Source: an uncultured delta proteobacterium
Lineage (GTDB): Bacteria > Myxococcota_A > Polyangia > Polyangiales > JAFGIB01
Length of the DNA stretch: 64,000 nt
Assembly: GCA_963778655.1 (NCBI GenBank)
Contig: CAVZVA010000002.1
Coordinates: 224,001-288,000 of the forward strand
Reading direction: 5' to 3'
Shown here: piece after piece, positions 29,293 through 38,259 of the stretch
How positions within the stretch are numbered: the first letter of the stretch is position 1
Layout of the letters: each line of letters begins with the position of its first letter
Notes under the pieces: generated by a model
Told to the model about the DNA's origin: nothing
Seen by the model: the letters and a program-made list of their open reading frames with translations, nothing else
The model's database searches: none
Position numbers and translations under genes: made by a program

Positions 29293-30715
29293 GGAAGCCG
29301 CCGTGCCCATTCCCTGTGCCGTGCTGATGTGTCACGCCCCGATCGTGATCCCCGCCATCGCGGGCAGGCGCGCCGCGCAGTGCGCCCGCACGACCGCCGC
29401 GATGAAGCAGGCGGCGCAATGCCTGGTGGCGCACGCGCCGGACGTGATCGTGATCATCAGCCCACACACGCCGCGCGACCCGCTGCGCTTCGGCATCGTG
29501 CAGGACGCACGGCTCAGCGGCGACTTCGGCCGCTTCGGTGTGCCGGAGGTGGGCGTGGAGCTGCCGGGCGCGCAGCGCGCCGCGGCCGCGCTGGCGCGCA
29601 GCGCGCGAGAGCTGGGTCTTTCGAGCTGGAGCCCGAGCGGGCAACAGCTGGACCACGGCGCCCTGGTTCCGCTGTATTTCGTGCGCGAGGCGGGCTGGCG
29701 CGGGCCGACCCTGTTGCTCGCCCTGCCCTACCCCGACAGCGGCCTGGAGACTGCGATGGGTCGCGCGATCGCGCGTGCGGCGAACGAGCTGGGCGAGCGC
29801 TGGTGCGTGCTGGCCTCGGGCGACATGAGCCACCGTCTCACGCCCGACGCACCCGCGGGCTATCACCCGAACGCGGCGCGCTTCGACGCGGGCTTCCGCG
29901 ATTTGATCGACGGCGGTGAGCTCGAGCAGGCCGCAGCCTTTCCCACGCAGCTGCGCGAGATCGCCGCCGAAGACGTGGTCGACTCCTGCACCGTGGCCGC
30001 CGCCGCAGTGGGCTTCGACGCGCGCGGCCACCGCGTGCTGAGCTACGAGGGCCCTTTCGGCGTGGGCTACCTGGAAGCCGTGCTGCACGAGAGCGCGCCG
30101 CCGCCGCAGCCGCAGCGGGCGCCCCAAGACACGCCGGACGAGCAGCCCCCACGCGCGCTGCTGGGCATCGCACGCGCCGCGATCGCCGCGTACCTGCGCG
30201 GGCAGGCCTTCGAGCCGCCCGAGCTGCCGCCGCCCTGGTCGCGCTCTCGCGGGGTGTTCGTCACCTTGCGCACCGCGCAAGGTGAGCTGCGCGGCTGCAT
30301 CGGTCATATCGAGCCGGGGCTGCCCACGCTTGGGTACGAAGTGGCGTCGTGCGCGATCTCGAGCGCGACCCGCGACGCGCGCTTCGCGCCGGTCGAGCTG
30401 GACGATCTCGACGGGCTGCGGATCGAGATCAGCGTGCTCTCGCCCCCGGAGCCGATCGCGAGCCTGGATCAGCTCGATCCCGAGCGCTTCGGCGTGGTGG
30501 TGAGCTCCGGACAGGCGCGTGGCGTGCTGCTGCCCGGCATCGAAGGCGTGCACACCGCTCGCGATCAGGTCCGAATTGCCGCGGCCAAGGCCGGCCTGGG
30601 CCCGAACGCGCCCCTGCAACTGGAGCGCTTCGAGGTGCGCAAGCTATGCGATGAGGACGACCTCGTGGTCGAGCCGCAGGGCCGGCCTCAGAGGGAGAGC
30701 CGTGTCCTCGATTGA
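29285..30715 (+). CDS. amrA: AmmeMemoRadiSam protein: Memo/LigB-like domain fused to an AMMECR1 domain
   Basis: N-terminal CHAP, ISPH, LDHG, SGDMSH and YEGPFGVGY; C-terminal GVFVTL..LRGCIG, DARF.PV, EISVLS and GVLLP. Confidence 0.9.
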
Positions 30716-31388
30716 GCTCGACCCCGAGTCGGAGCGTGCAGCCGAGCGCTTCAGAATGGTGGAGCAGCAACTCGTGCGGCGAGGGATCGCGGATGCGCGC
30801 GTGCTTGCGGCGATGGCCGCCGTGCCACGCCACCGCTTCGTGCCCGACGCGCTCGGCCGCGCCGCCTACGAGGATCGCGCGCTGTCGATCGGCGAGGGCC
30901 AGACCATCAGCCAACCGTACATGGTGGCACGGGCCTGCGAGCTGGCCGCGCTGCGTCCCGACTCCTGCGCGCTCGAGGTGGGCGCGGGCTCGGGCTACCA
31001 GGCGGCGGTGCTCGCACGGCTGTGCGCGCGCGTGATCTCGATCGAGCTGCTCGATCCGCTGGCCGTACGCGCGCGCCGCACGCTGCAAGCCCTGGGCGTG
31101 GACAACGTGCAGGTCGTGACCGGCGACGGCACGCTGGGTTACCCGCCGCAGGCGCCATACCAGGCGATTCTGGTCGCCGCCGGCGCGCCCAGCGCGCCCC
31201 CGGCGCTGCTCGAGCAGCTGGCGCTCGACGGCCGGCTGGTGATCCCGCTGGGGCCGGACTCCATGCAGACGCTGACCGTGCTGTACAAGACCGCCGCCGG
31301 CATCGAACGCCACCGCTACGACGACTGCGTGTACGTGCCGTTGCGCGGCGGCGGCGGCTGGGCCGACCGCGAGCGCGCCCCCGAGTGA
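30702..31388 (+). CDS. pcm: Protein-L-isoaspartate O-methyltransferase
   Basis: VPRHRFV, AYED, GQTISQP, LEVGAGSGYQAAVL, GDGTLG and YVPL; GAGGGAG RBS; overlaps the amrA stop. Confidence 0.93.
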   Translation: MSSIELDPESERAAERFRMVEQQLVRRGIADARVLAAMAAVPRHRFVPDALGRAAYEDRALSIGEGQTISQPYMVARACELAALRPDSCALEVGAGSGYQAAVLARLCARVISIELLDPLAVRARRTLQALGVDNVQVVTGDGTLGYPPQAPYQAILVAAGAPSAPPALLEQLALDGRLVIPLGPDSMQTLTVLYKTAAGIERHRYDDCVYVPLRGGGGWADRERAPE

Positions 31389-31401
31389 GCGGGGGCGCGG
31401 C

Positions 31402-32880
31402 TCAAGGCGCGATCTGCGCGAAGTCGGGCAGCGGCGAGGAATCGACCGTGGGCGTGCCGAGCTTGCCGCCGCTCACGTTGCCGAACTGGATGCACATCTC
31501 GCCGGTAAACGCCTGATTGGCGAAGTGCAACGCGCCGATCTCCTCCGGGCTCTTGGGCGCGCCGGTCTGCATCTGGCGCGCGTCCGTGTAATCGATGTGG
31601 CAGTTGAAGTGGAGCTTGTCGCCCGGGTGCAGGCTCACCACGCCCGAGATCGCACCGTCGGTCTTGGCGGCCGGGTTGGGCGGCGGGTTCTGCACCTGGC
31701 TGTCGTAGCGATAGGTCGGCATGTCGAACCAGTCGTAGGACTGATAGGCGAGGTCGATGCTCCCGTCGCCGCGCTCGATCCAGGCCGAGAAATTGCTGGT
31801 CCACACGTGGCGGTGGCCGAACACGCGGATCAGCCGCATCTCGCTGGGGATGCTCCAAGAGTAGTGCAGGTCGGTCACGCTGCCCGGGTCGACCGCGAGC
31901 GAGGTCACCTGCCCCAAGTCGAGCCCCATGTACCAGGTGATCAGGGTCTGCGCGTCCGACTCGCGCCACAGGTTGATCCACCCTTCGCGCAGCACCGGCC
32001 CTTCGGTGACGTTGAAGTGGTGCATGTTGTAGATGATCGACGGCGTGGCCGGAAAGCTCAGGTACATGCCCTCATCCTCCGGCGGCTTTTCCAAGGTCTG
32101 GGGCGTGCTGTCGTCGGGCCGCTGCTGCCCGCCGAGCACGCCGAGCGAAGGACCCGAGCTCGGATCGAAGAAGCCGGGCAGGGCTTCGCCGCCGCTGCCC
32201 TCGATCCAACCGTCGGGCTCGCTCGAGTCGTGCAGCGTGATGATGTTGTGGTGCGAGCCCGTGCGCATTCGGAAGTAGGTGCGGTAGTAGTTGAGCGGCT
32301 CGGCATTGTCGGCGTGGCCGCGGTAGTTCTGCGTGATCTCGTCGCCCGGCATCAGCACCCATTCCGCGGGCGGATCGTCGTAGCCGCTGAGGTCGCCGGC
32401 CCAGATCTGCTTCCAGTAGGTGGCGACGTCGCCCTGCGGGTGCAGCCCCACCTGCAGGCCCTGGTCCGGTGGCGGCGGCAGGATGCAGAACTGGTCGCCC
32501 GGAAACTGGGTCTTGAAGTAGGGCATCGCGTCGATACAGCGCACCGCATAGGGATTGTTGGTGGTGGCGTCGAACGGCTTGCACTTGTTGGGCAGCACGC
32601 TGCCGCCGGGGCTGTACTGCAGGCCCTCGAGCGGGAAGCCCTGGCACTCCTCCGGAATCCGGGTGGCCAGCTGCGGCTGCAGGGTGTTGGTACCACCCTG
32701 CGAAGCGTCCTGCACCGCGTCCGACGGCACACCGCCGTCGCCGGCAAGCTGTTTGCCCGTGGCCCCCCCATCCGCACGGGCGTGACTCTTGGCGCCGGAC
32801 GCAACGCCGTTGGAACCGTCGCCGCCGCAACCCGACCCGAGCGCCGCCGCCAGGCCGATCATCATCCACCGAGACCGCAT
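31402..32880 (-). CDS. Lipoprotein with a PHM/DBH-like copper monooxygenase ligand set (no heme motif)
   Basis: Lipobox-like LGSGC; GSHHN, MHHF, GHRH and GEMC in the same order as in 24694-26184. Confidence 0.7.
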   Translation of the reverse strand: MRSRWMMIGLAAALGSGCGGDGSNGVASGAKSHARADGGATGKQLAGDGGVPSDAVQDASQGGTNTLQPQLATRIPEECQGFPLEGLQYSPGGSVLPNKCKPFDATTNNPYAVRCIDAMPYFKTQFPGDQFCILPPPPDQGLQVGLHPQGDVATYWKQIWAGDLSGYDDPPAEWVLMPGDEITQNYRGHADNAEPLNYYRTYFRMRTGSHHNIITLHDSSEPDGWIEGSGGEALPGFFDPSSGPSLGVLGGQQRPDDSTPQTLEKPPEDEGMYLSFPATPSIIYNMHHFNVTEGPVLREGWINLWRESDAQTLITWYMGLDLGQVTSLAVDPGSVTDLHYSWSIPSEMRLIRVFGHRHVWTSNFSAWIERGDGSIDLAYQSYDWFDMPTYRYDSQVQNPPPNPAAKTDGAISGVVSLHPGDKLHFNCHIDYTDARQMQTGAPKSPEEIGALHFANQAFTGEMCIQFGNVSGGKLGTPTVDSSPLPDFAQIAP

Positions 32881-33053
32881 GGCCCCAACCCCTCGTGCAC
32901 AGCCGCCCGTTGGGCCGCCCGACTGTGTTACTAAGTTACCTGAACCCGGTCAACCAGCGCGGCCCGCGTCCGGGACACTTCCGAGCGCCGCGATCGCAGG
33001 CGCGCCGGAGGCGCGAGCTTCAGGGAGCGCGGCCGGGCTGCGACGCGCCCTTG

Positions 33054-33755
33054 TCACGGCCCCGGGGCGCCCGCGCAGATCCAGTTGCGCACGGCCGCCA
33101 GACGCGCCTCCTCCCACAGCATGGCAGTGCCCGAATTGGGCATGCGGATGCCATAGGGCTGCCCCGCATTCTGGTTGCAGGTCAGGTTCATGCCCCAGGC
33201 CGGATCGCCGGTCAGTGAAGCGTCGAGCATGACCGGCGCGGTCAGCTTGAGCCACAGGTAGCTGTGGTTGAGCGCGGCGTCGCCGCCACTGCCATCCACC
33301 AGCGGCAGGTTGGGCGCCTCGCACGAGGCCACGCCGACCATCGCGGTCCGGATGTCGGCGACGTTGAGCAGGTTGAGGTGCGCGCGCGGATTGCCGCCGG
33401 CGTGACAGCTGGAGAATGCACAGGTCGTCGCCGAGGCGAGCACGTCGTGCGCGGCCATGTGCAGCGCCGCTGGGGCAGCCGTGGTGTCGGCAGCCGAGCA
33501 GCCTGCCACCGGCGCTCCACCGCCCATGCCCGCCGTGCCGCCGCCGCCGCCCACGCCGCCGGTGCCGGGCGTCACGCCGCCGGTGCCGGGCGTCACGCCG
33601 CCGGTGCCCGGGGCCACGCCGCCGGTGCCCGGGGCCACGCCGCCCGTCCCAGGGTACACACCGCCGGTACCCCCGGGTTGGATTACGTTCCCGTCACTCT
33701 TCTTGCAGCCCACGAGCGCCGCCAGCGCGAGCGCACAAACCATCGCCTTTCGCAT
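33054..33755 (-). CDS. Lipoprotein, putative monoheme cytochrome c with atypical CX4CH motif
   Basis: Lipobox LVGC; Gly/Pro/Thr linker; CAFSSCH (33402-33422); IRMP and C-terminal WICAGA, paralleling RMPP...WASAGA of the fused heme domain in 24694-26184. Confidence 0.65.
   Translation of the reverse strand: MRKAMVCALALAALVGCKKSDGNVIQPGGTGGVYPGTGGVAPGTGGVAPGTGGVTPGTGGVTPGTGGVGGGGGTAGMGGGAPVAGCSAADTTAAPAALHMAAHDVLASATTCAFSSCHAGGNPRAHLNLLNVADIRTAMVGVASCEAPNLPLVDGSGGDAALNHSYLWLKLTAPVMLDASLTGDPAWGMNLTCNQNAGQPYGIRMPNSGTAMLWEEARLAAVRNWICAGAPGP
33552..33671 (-). repeat. 21-nt tandem repeat (about 5.7 copies) encoding PGTGGV(A/T/Y)
   Basis: Plus-strand unit cacgccgccggtgccgggcgt and variants, repeated from 33552. 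Confidence 0.9.
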
Positions 33756-33953
33756 GCTCTCCGCTCCTTGAGACCTATTGGGCCAGCAGGCTCGCGGCGT
33801 TGGGGATCGCCGCTACCCGCGCGTCGCTCGGCCCGACCACTGACCCACACAGCACCTTACAACTGTCGAACCGTATCCGCCCGGCGCCATGCGCGCAACG
33901 CCCTTCGCAGGCGGGCCCCTGCGGCCTGATGCCACAGCGAGCTTGAGCAATGC

Positions 33954-34811
33954 TCAAAACGAATACTGCGCTTGATACGCGTGACAGCCGGCGCAGCTCG
34001 CGAGAAAGACGGCGTACACGTTCGCGCGGTCCTCCAGGCTCTCGGCTTCGCCCGCGCGCTGGCCGAGCGCGCGCACCTGCAGCAAGGCCTCGCTGAAACG
34101 GGGAGGCAGCGGCGGATCGGTGCGCGGCGGCGCTTCCGGCGCCTGCGCGAGCGCCTTGGCGCCGTCTCGCCACGACTGGTCGGAAGGCCCGGTCAGTCCT
34201 TCCCACATCCGATCGGCGGCCCACATGTGACGCGCCATGCGCGCGCCGAACGTGTCGCTGGTCGCGGCGCCCGAGCGTGGCGAGCTGCCGACGAAGACCG
34301 GACCCTGGCCGTGCTCGCGGTGACATTCGCCGCAGATGCGGCCCATCGTCGCCACGCCGGTCGCAGCCAGGTCGAGCGTCTTGGCATCGGCGGTCAGACG
34401 CGCGGCCTGCTGCAGCTTGGCGATCGCGCTCAGCCAACCGCCCGGCGCGACCGACGCGTACGGATAGCTCGCAAGCGCGCGCAACGGCCGCCGCAGGGCG
34501 TCGAGGTTGCCGTTGATGACCGCATCGCGCGCCCAGGTCGCCACCGCGAAGTGCTCGGCCATGAACTCCGTGATGTCCTCGCTGCCGACCGGCGGCGGGC
34601 TCGGCAGCGGCTGGCTCGCCGCGCTCGGGTGCGGCTCGCTGCCGCCGCGCGCAGGCGCGCCCGGCGCGGCGTTGTGCGCGGGCGGGGGCGTCGTGCTCGC
34701 AGCCGGCCGCGAGGGCGGGGCGTGCCCGCAGCCCAAGAGCGCGGCCAGCGCGAGCCATCCGGGCGCGGCCCGCGCGCGCGCCCAGAGCGCGCACTGGAAT
34801 GGATCTCCCAT
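33954..34811 (-). CDS. Diheme lipoprotein, tandem cytochrome c'-like helical bundles
   Basis: Lipobox LLGC, Pro-rich linker, and two helical domains each ending in CxxCH (CGECH, CAGCH) with M..H near each domain start. Confidence 0.75.
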   Translation of the reverse strand: MGDPFQCALWARARAAPGWLALAALLGCGHAPPSRPAASTTPPPAHNAAPGAPARGGSEPHPSAASQPLPSPPPVGSEDITEFMAEHFAVATWARDAVINGNLDALRRPLRALASYPYASVAPGGWLSAIAKLQQAARLTADAKTLDLAATGVATMGRICGECHREHGQGPVFVGSSPRSGAATSDTFGARMARHMWAADRMWEGLTGPSDQSWRDGAKALAQAPEAPPRTDPPLPPRFSEALLQVRALGQRAGEAESLEDRANVYAVFLASCAGCHAYQAQYSF

Positions 34812-34869
34812 CGCCCGATGAGATATGCGCAGGCGCGGTGCGCGCCAGCTACGCAACCGCGCCAGCCGC

Positions 34870-35658
34870 TCAAGACGGCAGCGCTTGCGCGCGCGGCAGC
34901 AACAGCCGCGGCAGCAGATCGCCGGCCGATCCGCACAGCAGCGCATCGGCCAGGTCATCCATCTCGGTCGCTTCCTGGTTGACGATCACCACGCGCGCGC
35001 CGTGGCGCTTGGCCAGCGGCACCACGGAGGCGATCGGATAGACCGACAAGGTCGAGCCCACCGCCAGCAGCAAGTCGCAGCTGCGCGCCGCGAGATCGGC
35101 TCGCGCCAGGTCTTGCTGGACCAGCGACTGGCCGAACGAGATCGTCGCCGACTTGAGGATACCGCCGCAGCTGCGGCAAGGCGGGTCGGCCTCGCCTGCG
35201 CGCACGCGCTCCAGCGCGCGCTGCATCGGCGCACGCTCGCCGCAGCTCAAGCAGGTCACCTCGTGGATCGTGCCGTGGATCTCGATCACGCGCTGCGGGG
35301 AGCTGCCGGCCTTCTGGTGCAGGCCGTCGATGTTCTGGGTGATCAAGCCGTGGAGCTTGCCGCTGCGCTCGAGCTCGACCAGCGCGTGGTGCGCCGCGTT
35401 CGGCTGCGCATCGAAGACCGGGGAGCGCAGCCGGCTCTGCCAGGCGCGCCTGCGCACGTCGGGATCCGCCAGGTAATGGCTGAGCGTCGCGAGCTTCTCT
35501 GCGCCCGGGTTCTTGGTCCACACGCCCTGGGGTCCGCGGAAGTCGGGGATCCCCGACTCGGTGGAAATGCCGGCTCCGGTCAGCACGAGCACGCGCTGAG
35601 CGACCTCGAGCCAGCTCCTCACGCGTTCGACCGCCGCCGTGACGTCGCCCGCTTCCAC
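34870..35658 (-). CDS. cobB: Sir2-family NAD-dependent deacylase
   Basis: TGAGISTESGIPDFRG, ITQNIDGLH, EIHG, two CxxC and GSTLSVYP. Confidence 0.93.
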   Translation of the reverse strand: MEAGDVTAAVERVRSWLEVAQRVLVLTGAGISTESGIPDFRGPQGVWTKNPGAEKLATLSHYLADPDVRRRAWQSRLRSPVFDAQPNAAHHALVELERSGKLHGLITQNIDGLHQKAGSSPQRVIEIHGTIHEVTCLSCGERAPMQRALERVRAGEADPPCRSCGGILKSATISFGQSLVQQDLARADLAARSCDLLLAVGSTLSVYPIASVVPLAKRHGARVVIVNQEATEMDDLADALLCGSAGDLLPRLLLPRAQALPS

Positions 35659-35739
35659 GCCCCGTCTTGTAGCTGTGCGCGGACAGCCGACGCAACCCGG
35701 CCGCGGGCCCGTGCGCTCGCTCAGGCCAACGCGCGGAGC

Positions 35740-36129
35740 TCAGCCCTCCGCGTCCAGCGCGATCTCCATCACGACGCGCCTGCGCTTGCGGCCGCTGAGC
35801 GCGGAGAAGAAGTTGCCCGCACGCATCTTCCAGCCGTACTTGCGCGTGAGCGCGGCATAGGCACGGGCCTCGTGCTCGGCGTCGCTGACCAGCTGGCAGC
35901 GCCCCTGCAGCCACGGCCCGAGCAGCCCCCCGCGCAGATCGCAGCGCGCCACCTGCACGCTGGGGTTTCTGCCCACGCGCTTGACCTTGTAGCTCTCGCG
36001 CAGCGTGAACAGCACGAGCTTGCCGTCCAGCGGCGCGCACCATACGGGGGTGTCGACTGCGCCACCGTCGCGCTTGAAGCTGCGAAGATTGATGTATTCG
36101 GCGTCGTCCAGCGGCGTGCCCGAGGTCAT
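35740..36129 (-). CDS. PPOX-class (putative F420-dependent) split-barrel oxidoreductase
   Basis: YINLRSFKRDG..VDTPVW, KVKRV.RNP.V..A.C..RG and AL.RKYG. Confidence 0.85.
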   Translation of the reverse strand: MTSGTPLDDAEYINLRSFKRDGGAVDTPVWCAPLDGKLVLFTLRESYKVKRVGRNPSVQVARCDLRGGLLGPWLQGRCQLVSDAEHEARAYAALTRKYGWKMRAGNFFSALSGRKRRRVVMEIALDAEG

Positions 36130-36157
36130 GCGGGGATGATGAGGCCGCAGCGGTGGC

Positions 36158-36195
36158 AAAAAAAAGGCCCGCGCCGGGAGAGAGGCGCGGGCCTT
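36158..36195 (-). terminator. Intrinsic terminator on the minus strand
   Basis: AAGGCCCGCGCC-TCTCTCCC-GGCGCGGGCCTT hairpin running into T8 (plus-strand A8 at 36158-36165). Confidence 0.85.
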
Positions 36196-36240
36196 GGGGG
36201 GTGGGGTGTTTGGGAGATGCGTTGGCTAACTCAAGACTGA
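36158..36240 (-). ncRNA. Candidate small RNA with a C-rich single-stranded tract
   Basis: Extended -10 TGCTAGGAT (36245-36253, minus) in AT-rich DNA; no ORF; C-rich tract followed by a strong terminator. Confidence 0.5.
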
Positions 36241-36426
36241 TCTCATCCTAGCACTTATATTGTAACTATCCATCTAAAACGTAATTTCTTGCAAGCCGAA
36301 TCGCATGCGCCGGGCTGGCCTCGGGTTGTGGGGCGCTGTGAGTTGCGGCGCTGTAGACGCGCCCTATGTTGAGGACCGAGGCCTCGGCCGAGCTCAGCCT
36401 GCGCCCCGAGGGGCGCGAAAGGACCC

Positions 36427-37128
36427 ATGTTTTTCGATCCGACCTACCTCGTGCTCGTCATGCTGCCCGGGCTTCTGCTGAGCCTGTGGGCGAGCTTCAA
36501 GGTCAAGTCCACGTTTCATCACTACAGCCAGGTGCGGCCGCGCAGTGGGCTCAGCGGCGCCGAGGCCGCGCGCGAGCTGCTGCGGCGCAACGGCGTGCTC
36601 GACGTTCGGATCGAGCCGATCGAGGGCTTCCTCTCCGACCACTACGACCCCGGCGCCAAGGTGCTGCGGCTGTCGCCGGACGTCTACCACGGCCGCTCGC
36701 TGGCCGCGCTCGGGGTCGCGGCGCACGAAGCCGGGCACGCGCTGCAGCACGCCGCCCGCTACGCGCCGCTCAGCTTTCGCTCGCTGGTGGTCAAGCCGGC
36801 GATGTTCGGCTCGAATCTGGGCATGTACGTGGCCTTCGGAGGCCTGGCCCTGCACCTGAGCTCGATGATCTGGGTGGGCATCGTGTTGTTCTCGGCCTTC
36901 GTGCTGTTCACGCTGGTGACGCTGCCGGTCGAGCTCGACGCGTCCAACCGGGCGGTCGCGGTGCTGGAGCAGTCGGGCATGATCACCGCGCAGGAAGTGG
37001 CGGGCACAAAAAAGGTGCTGACCGCGGCCGCGCTCACCTACGTGGCCGCGGCCATCGCCGCCGTGCTACAGCTGCTCTATCTGCTGTGGCGCGCCGGCCT
37101 CCTGGGCGGCCAGCGCAGTCAGGACTGA
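36427..37128 (+). CDS. Membrane zinc metallopeptidase (YugP-like neutral zinc peptidase)
   Basis: LSDHYDP..K.LRLS, AAHEAGHALQ, VTLPVE.DAS.RA and VL.AAALTYVAA. Confidence 0.9.
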   Translation: MFFDPTYLVLVMLPGLLLSLWASFKVKSTFHHYSQVRPRSGLSGAEAARELLRRNGVLDVRIEPIEGFLSDHYDPGAKVLRLSPDVYHGRSLAALGVAAHEAGHALQHAARYAPLSFRSLVVKPAMFGSNLGMYVAFGGLALHLSSMIWVGIVLFSAFVLFTLVTLPVELDASNRAVAVLEQSGMITAQEVAGTKKVLTAAALTYVAAAIAAVLQLLYLLWRAGLLGGQRSQD

Positions 37129-37133
37129 ACACC

Positions 37134-37484
37134 ATGCCGCTCGACTCGCGCAGTCTGGCTCGATTCGCGGGCGTGCTCGCTCTAACGCTGCTGTCGGCGC
37201 GCGCCCGCGCCGGCACGCTGGATGACGGCGAGCGCGAGGCTCCGAAGAACCCGAAGTGTATTCAAGTGCACGTGCACGCACCCTATCGGGCCTACGGCTA
37301 CGACCATGTGGTCGAGATCGTGAACGACTGCGACAAGGCCTTCACCTGCAGCGTCAAGACCGACGTGAACCCGGAGCCGACCAGCGTCAGCGTCCCGGCA
37401 CACGAGACGCGTAGCGTGATCACGTTCAAGGGCTCACCGGCGCGTGAGTTCAAGCCCGACGTGCAGTGTAAGCCCGATTCGTGA
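37134..37484 (+). CDS. Small secreted Cys-containing protein
   Basis: Signal peptide ending ARA-G; four Cys; beta-rich GYDHVVEIVNDC. Confidence 0.7.
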   Translation: MPLDSRSLARFAGVLALTLLSARARAGTLDDGEREAPKNPKCIQVHVHAPYRAYGYDHVVEIVNDCDKAFTCSVKTDVNPEPTSVSVPAHETRSVITFKGSPAREFKPDVQCKPDS

Positions 37485-37536
37485 GCCGGGCGGCGCCCCC
37501 GTCGCTGGCGCCTGGCCCGCCGTGGTACGCTTGATC

Positions 37537-38259
37537 GTGTCCTCGGATAGGCCGAACAGCGGAGAGCGTACGCGCATCCTCGTGCTGCCGGACGGCTTGC
37601 TCGGTCCCGAGCTGGGCGAAAGCTTCCTCGACCGCCGCTCGCTCTCGCTGCGCAGCGCGGGCGATGTGGCGGAAGCGCTGGCGATCGCGGAGCTATGGCG
37701 CCCCAACCTGGTGGTGTTCAGCGCCGAGCTTCGCGCCGAGGTCGGCAGCTTCTTCGCCGGGCTGCGCGGCAACGGCCGGCGCGAGCCGCCGAAGCTGCTG
37801 ATGGTCACCGACCGGCTGCACGAGCATCAGGCGCTGGTCGCGGACGCCGCCTGCGACGCGCACCTGGTCAGCCCGCTGGACGTCGACCAGCTGCTCTCCA
37901 CCATCGCAGAGCTGCTGGGCATCGAGCGGCGCAGTTGCGAGCGCGTTCCGATCGACGTGCTGGTGCACACCGAAGGCTTCGTCGGCGAAGGTGCGGCTGT
38001 AGACTCGGGGCTGGCGAGCACGCTCAGTCTCTGCGAGGAGAGCATCCTGGTCGAGGCGAGCCGCCAGCTCGTGCTGCACGCGCGCGGACGGCTCCAGTTC
38101 TTCTTGCCCGGCTCGGCCGAGCGGCTCTCGCTCGAAGGCATCGTGCGCGTGAGCGTGGACGAGGTGCGGCTGATCTATGTGATCGAGCTGGTCGACCTTG
38201 CGCCGCAGCACCGAGCGCTGATCCGCCGCTACGTGGAGTCGCAGCGAGAAGCGGCATGA
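37537..38259 (+). CDS. Degenerate receiver domain + PilZ-like domain protein
   Basis: RILVL..PNLVVF..LLMVT..CDAHLVSPLD pseudo-receiver; ERRSCERVPI (RxxxR) followed by a PilZ-like barrel ending LIRRYV. Confidence 0.65.
   Translation: MSSDRPNSGERTRILVLPDGLLGPELGESFLDRRSLSLRSAGDVAEALAIAELWRPNLVVFSAELRAEVGSFFAGLRGNGRREPPKLLMVTDRLHEHQALVADAACDAHLVSPLDVDQLLSTIAELLGIERRSCERVPIDVLVHTEGFVGEGAAVDSGLASTLSLCEESILVEASRQLVLHARGRLQFFLPGSAERLSLEGIVRVSVDEVRLIYVIELVDLAPQHRALIRRYVESQREAA

Noticed and set aside
34870..35658. Sir2 protein as an anti-phage effector
   Set aside because: Canonical Zn-binding CobB-type deacylase with no defence-gene neighbours.
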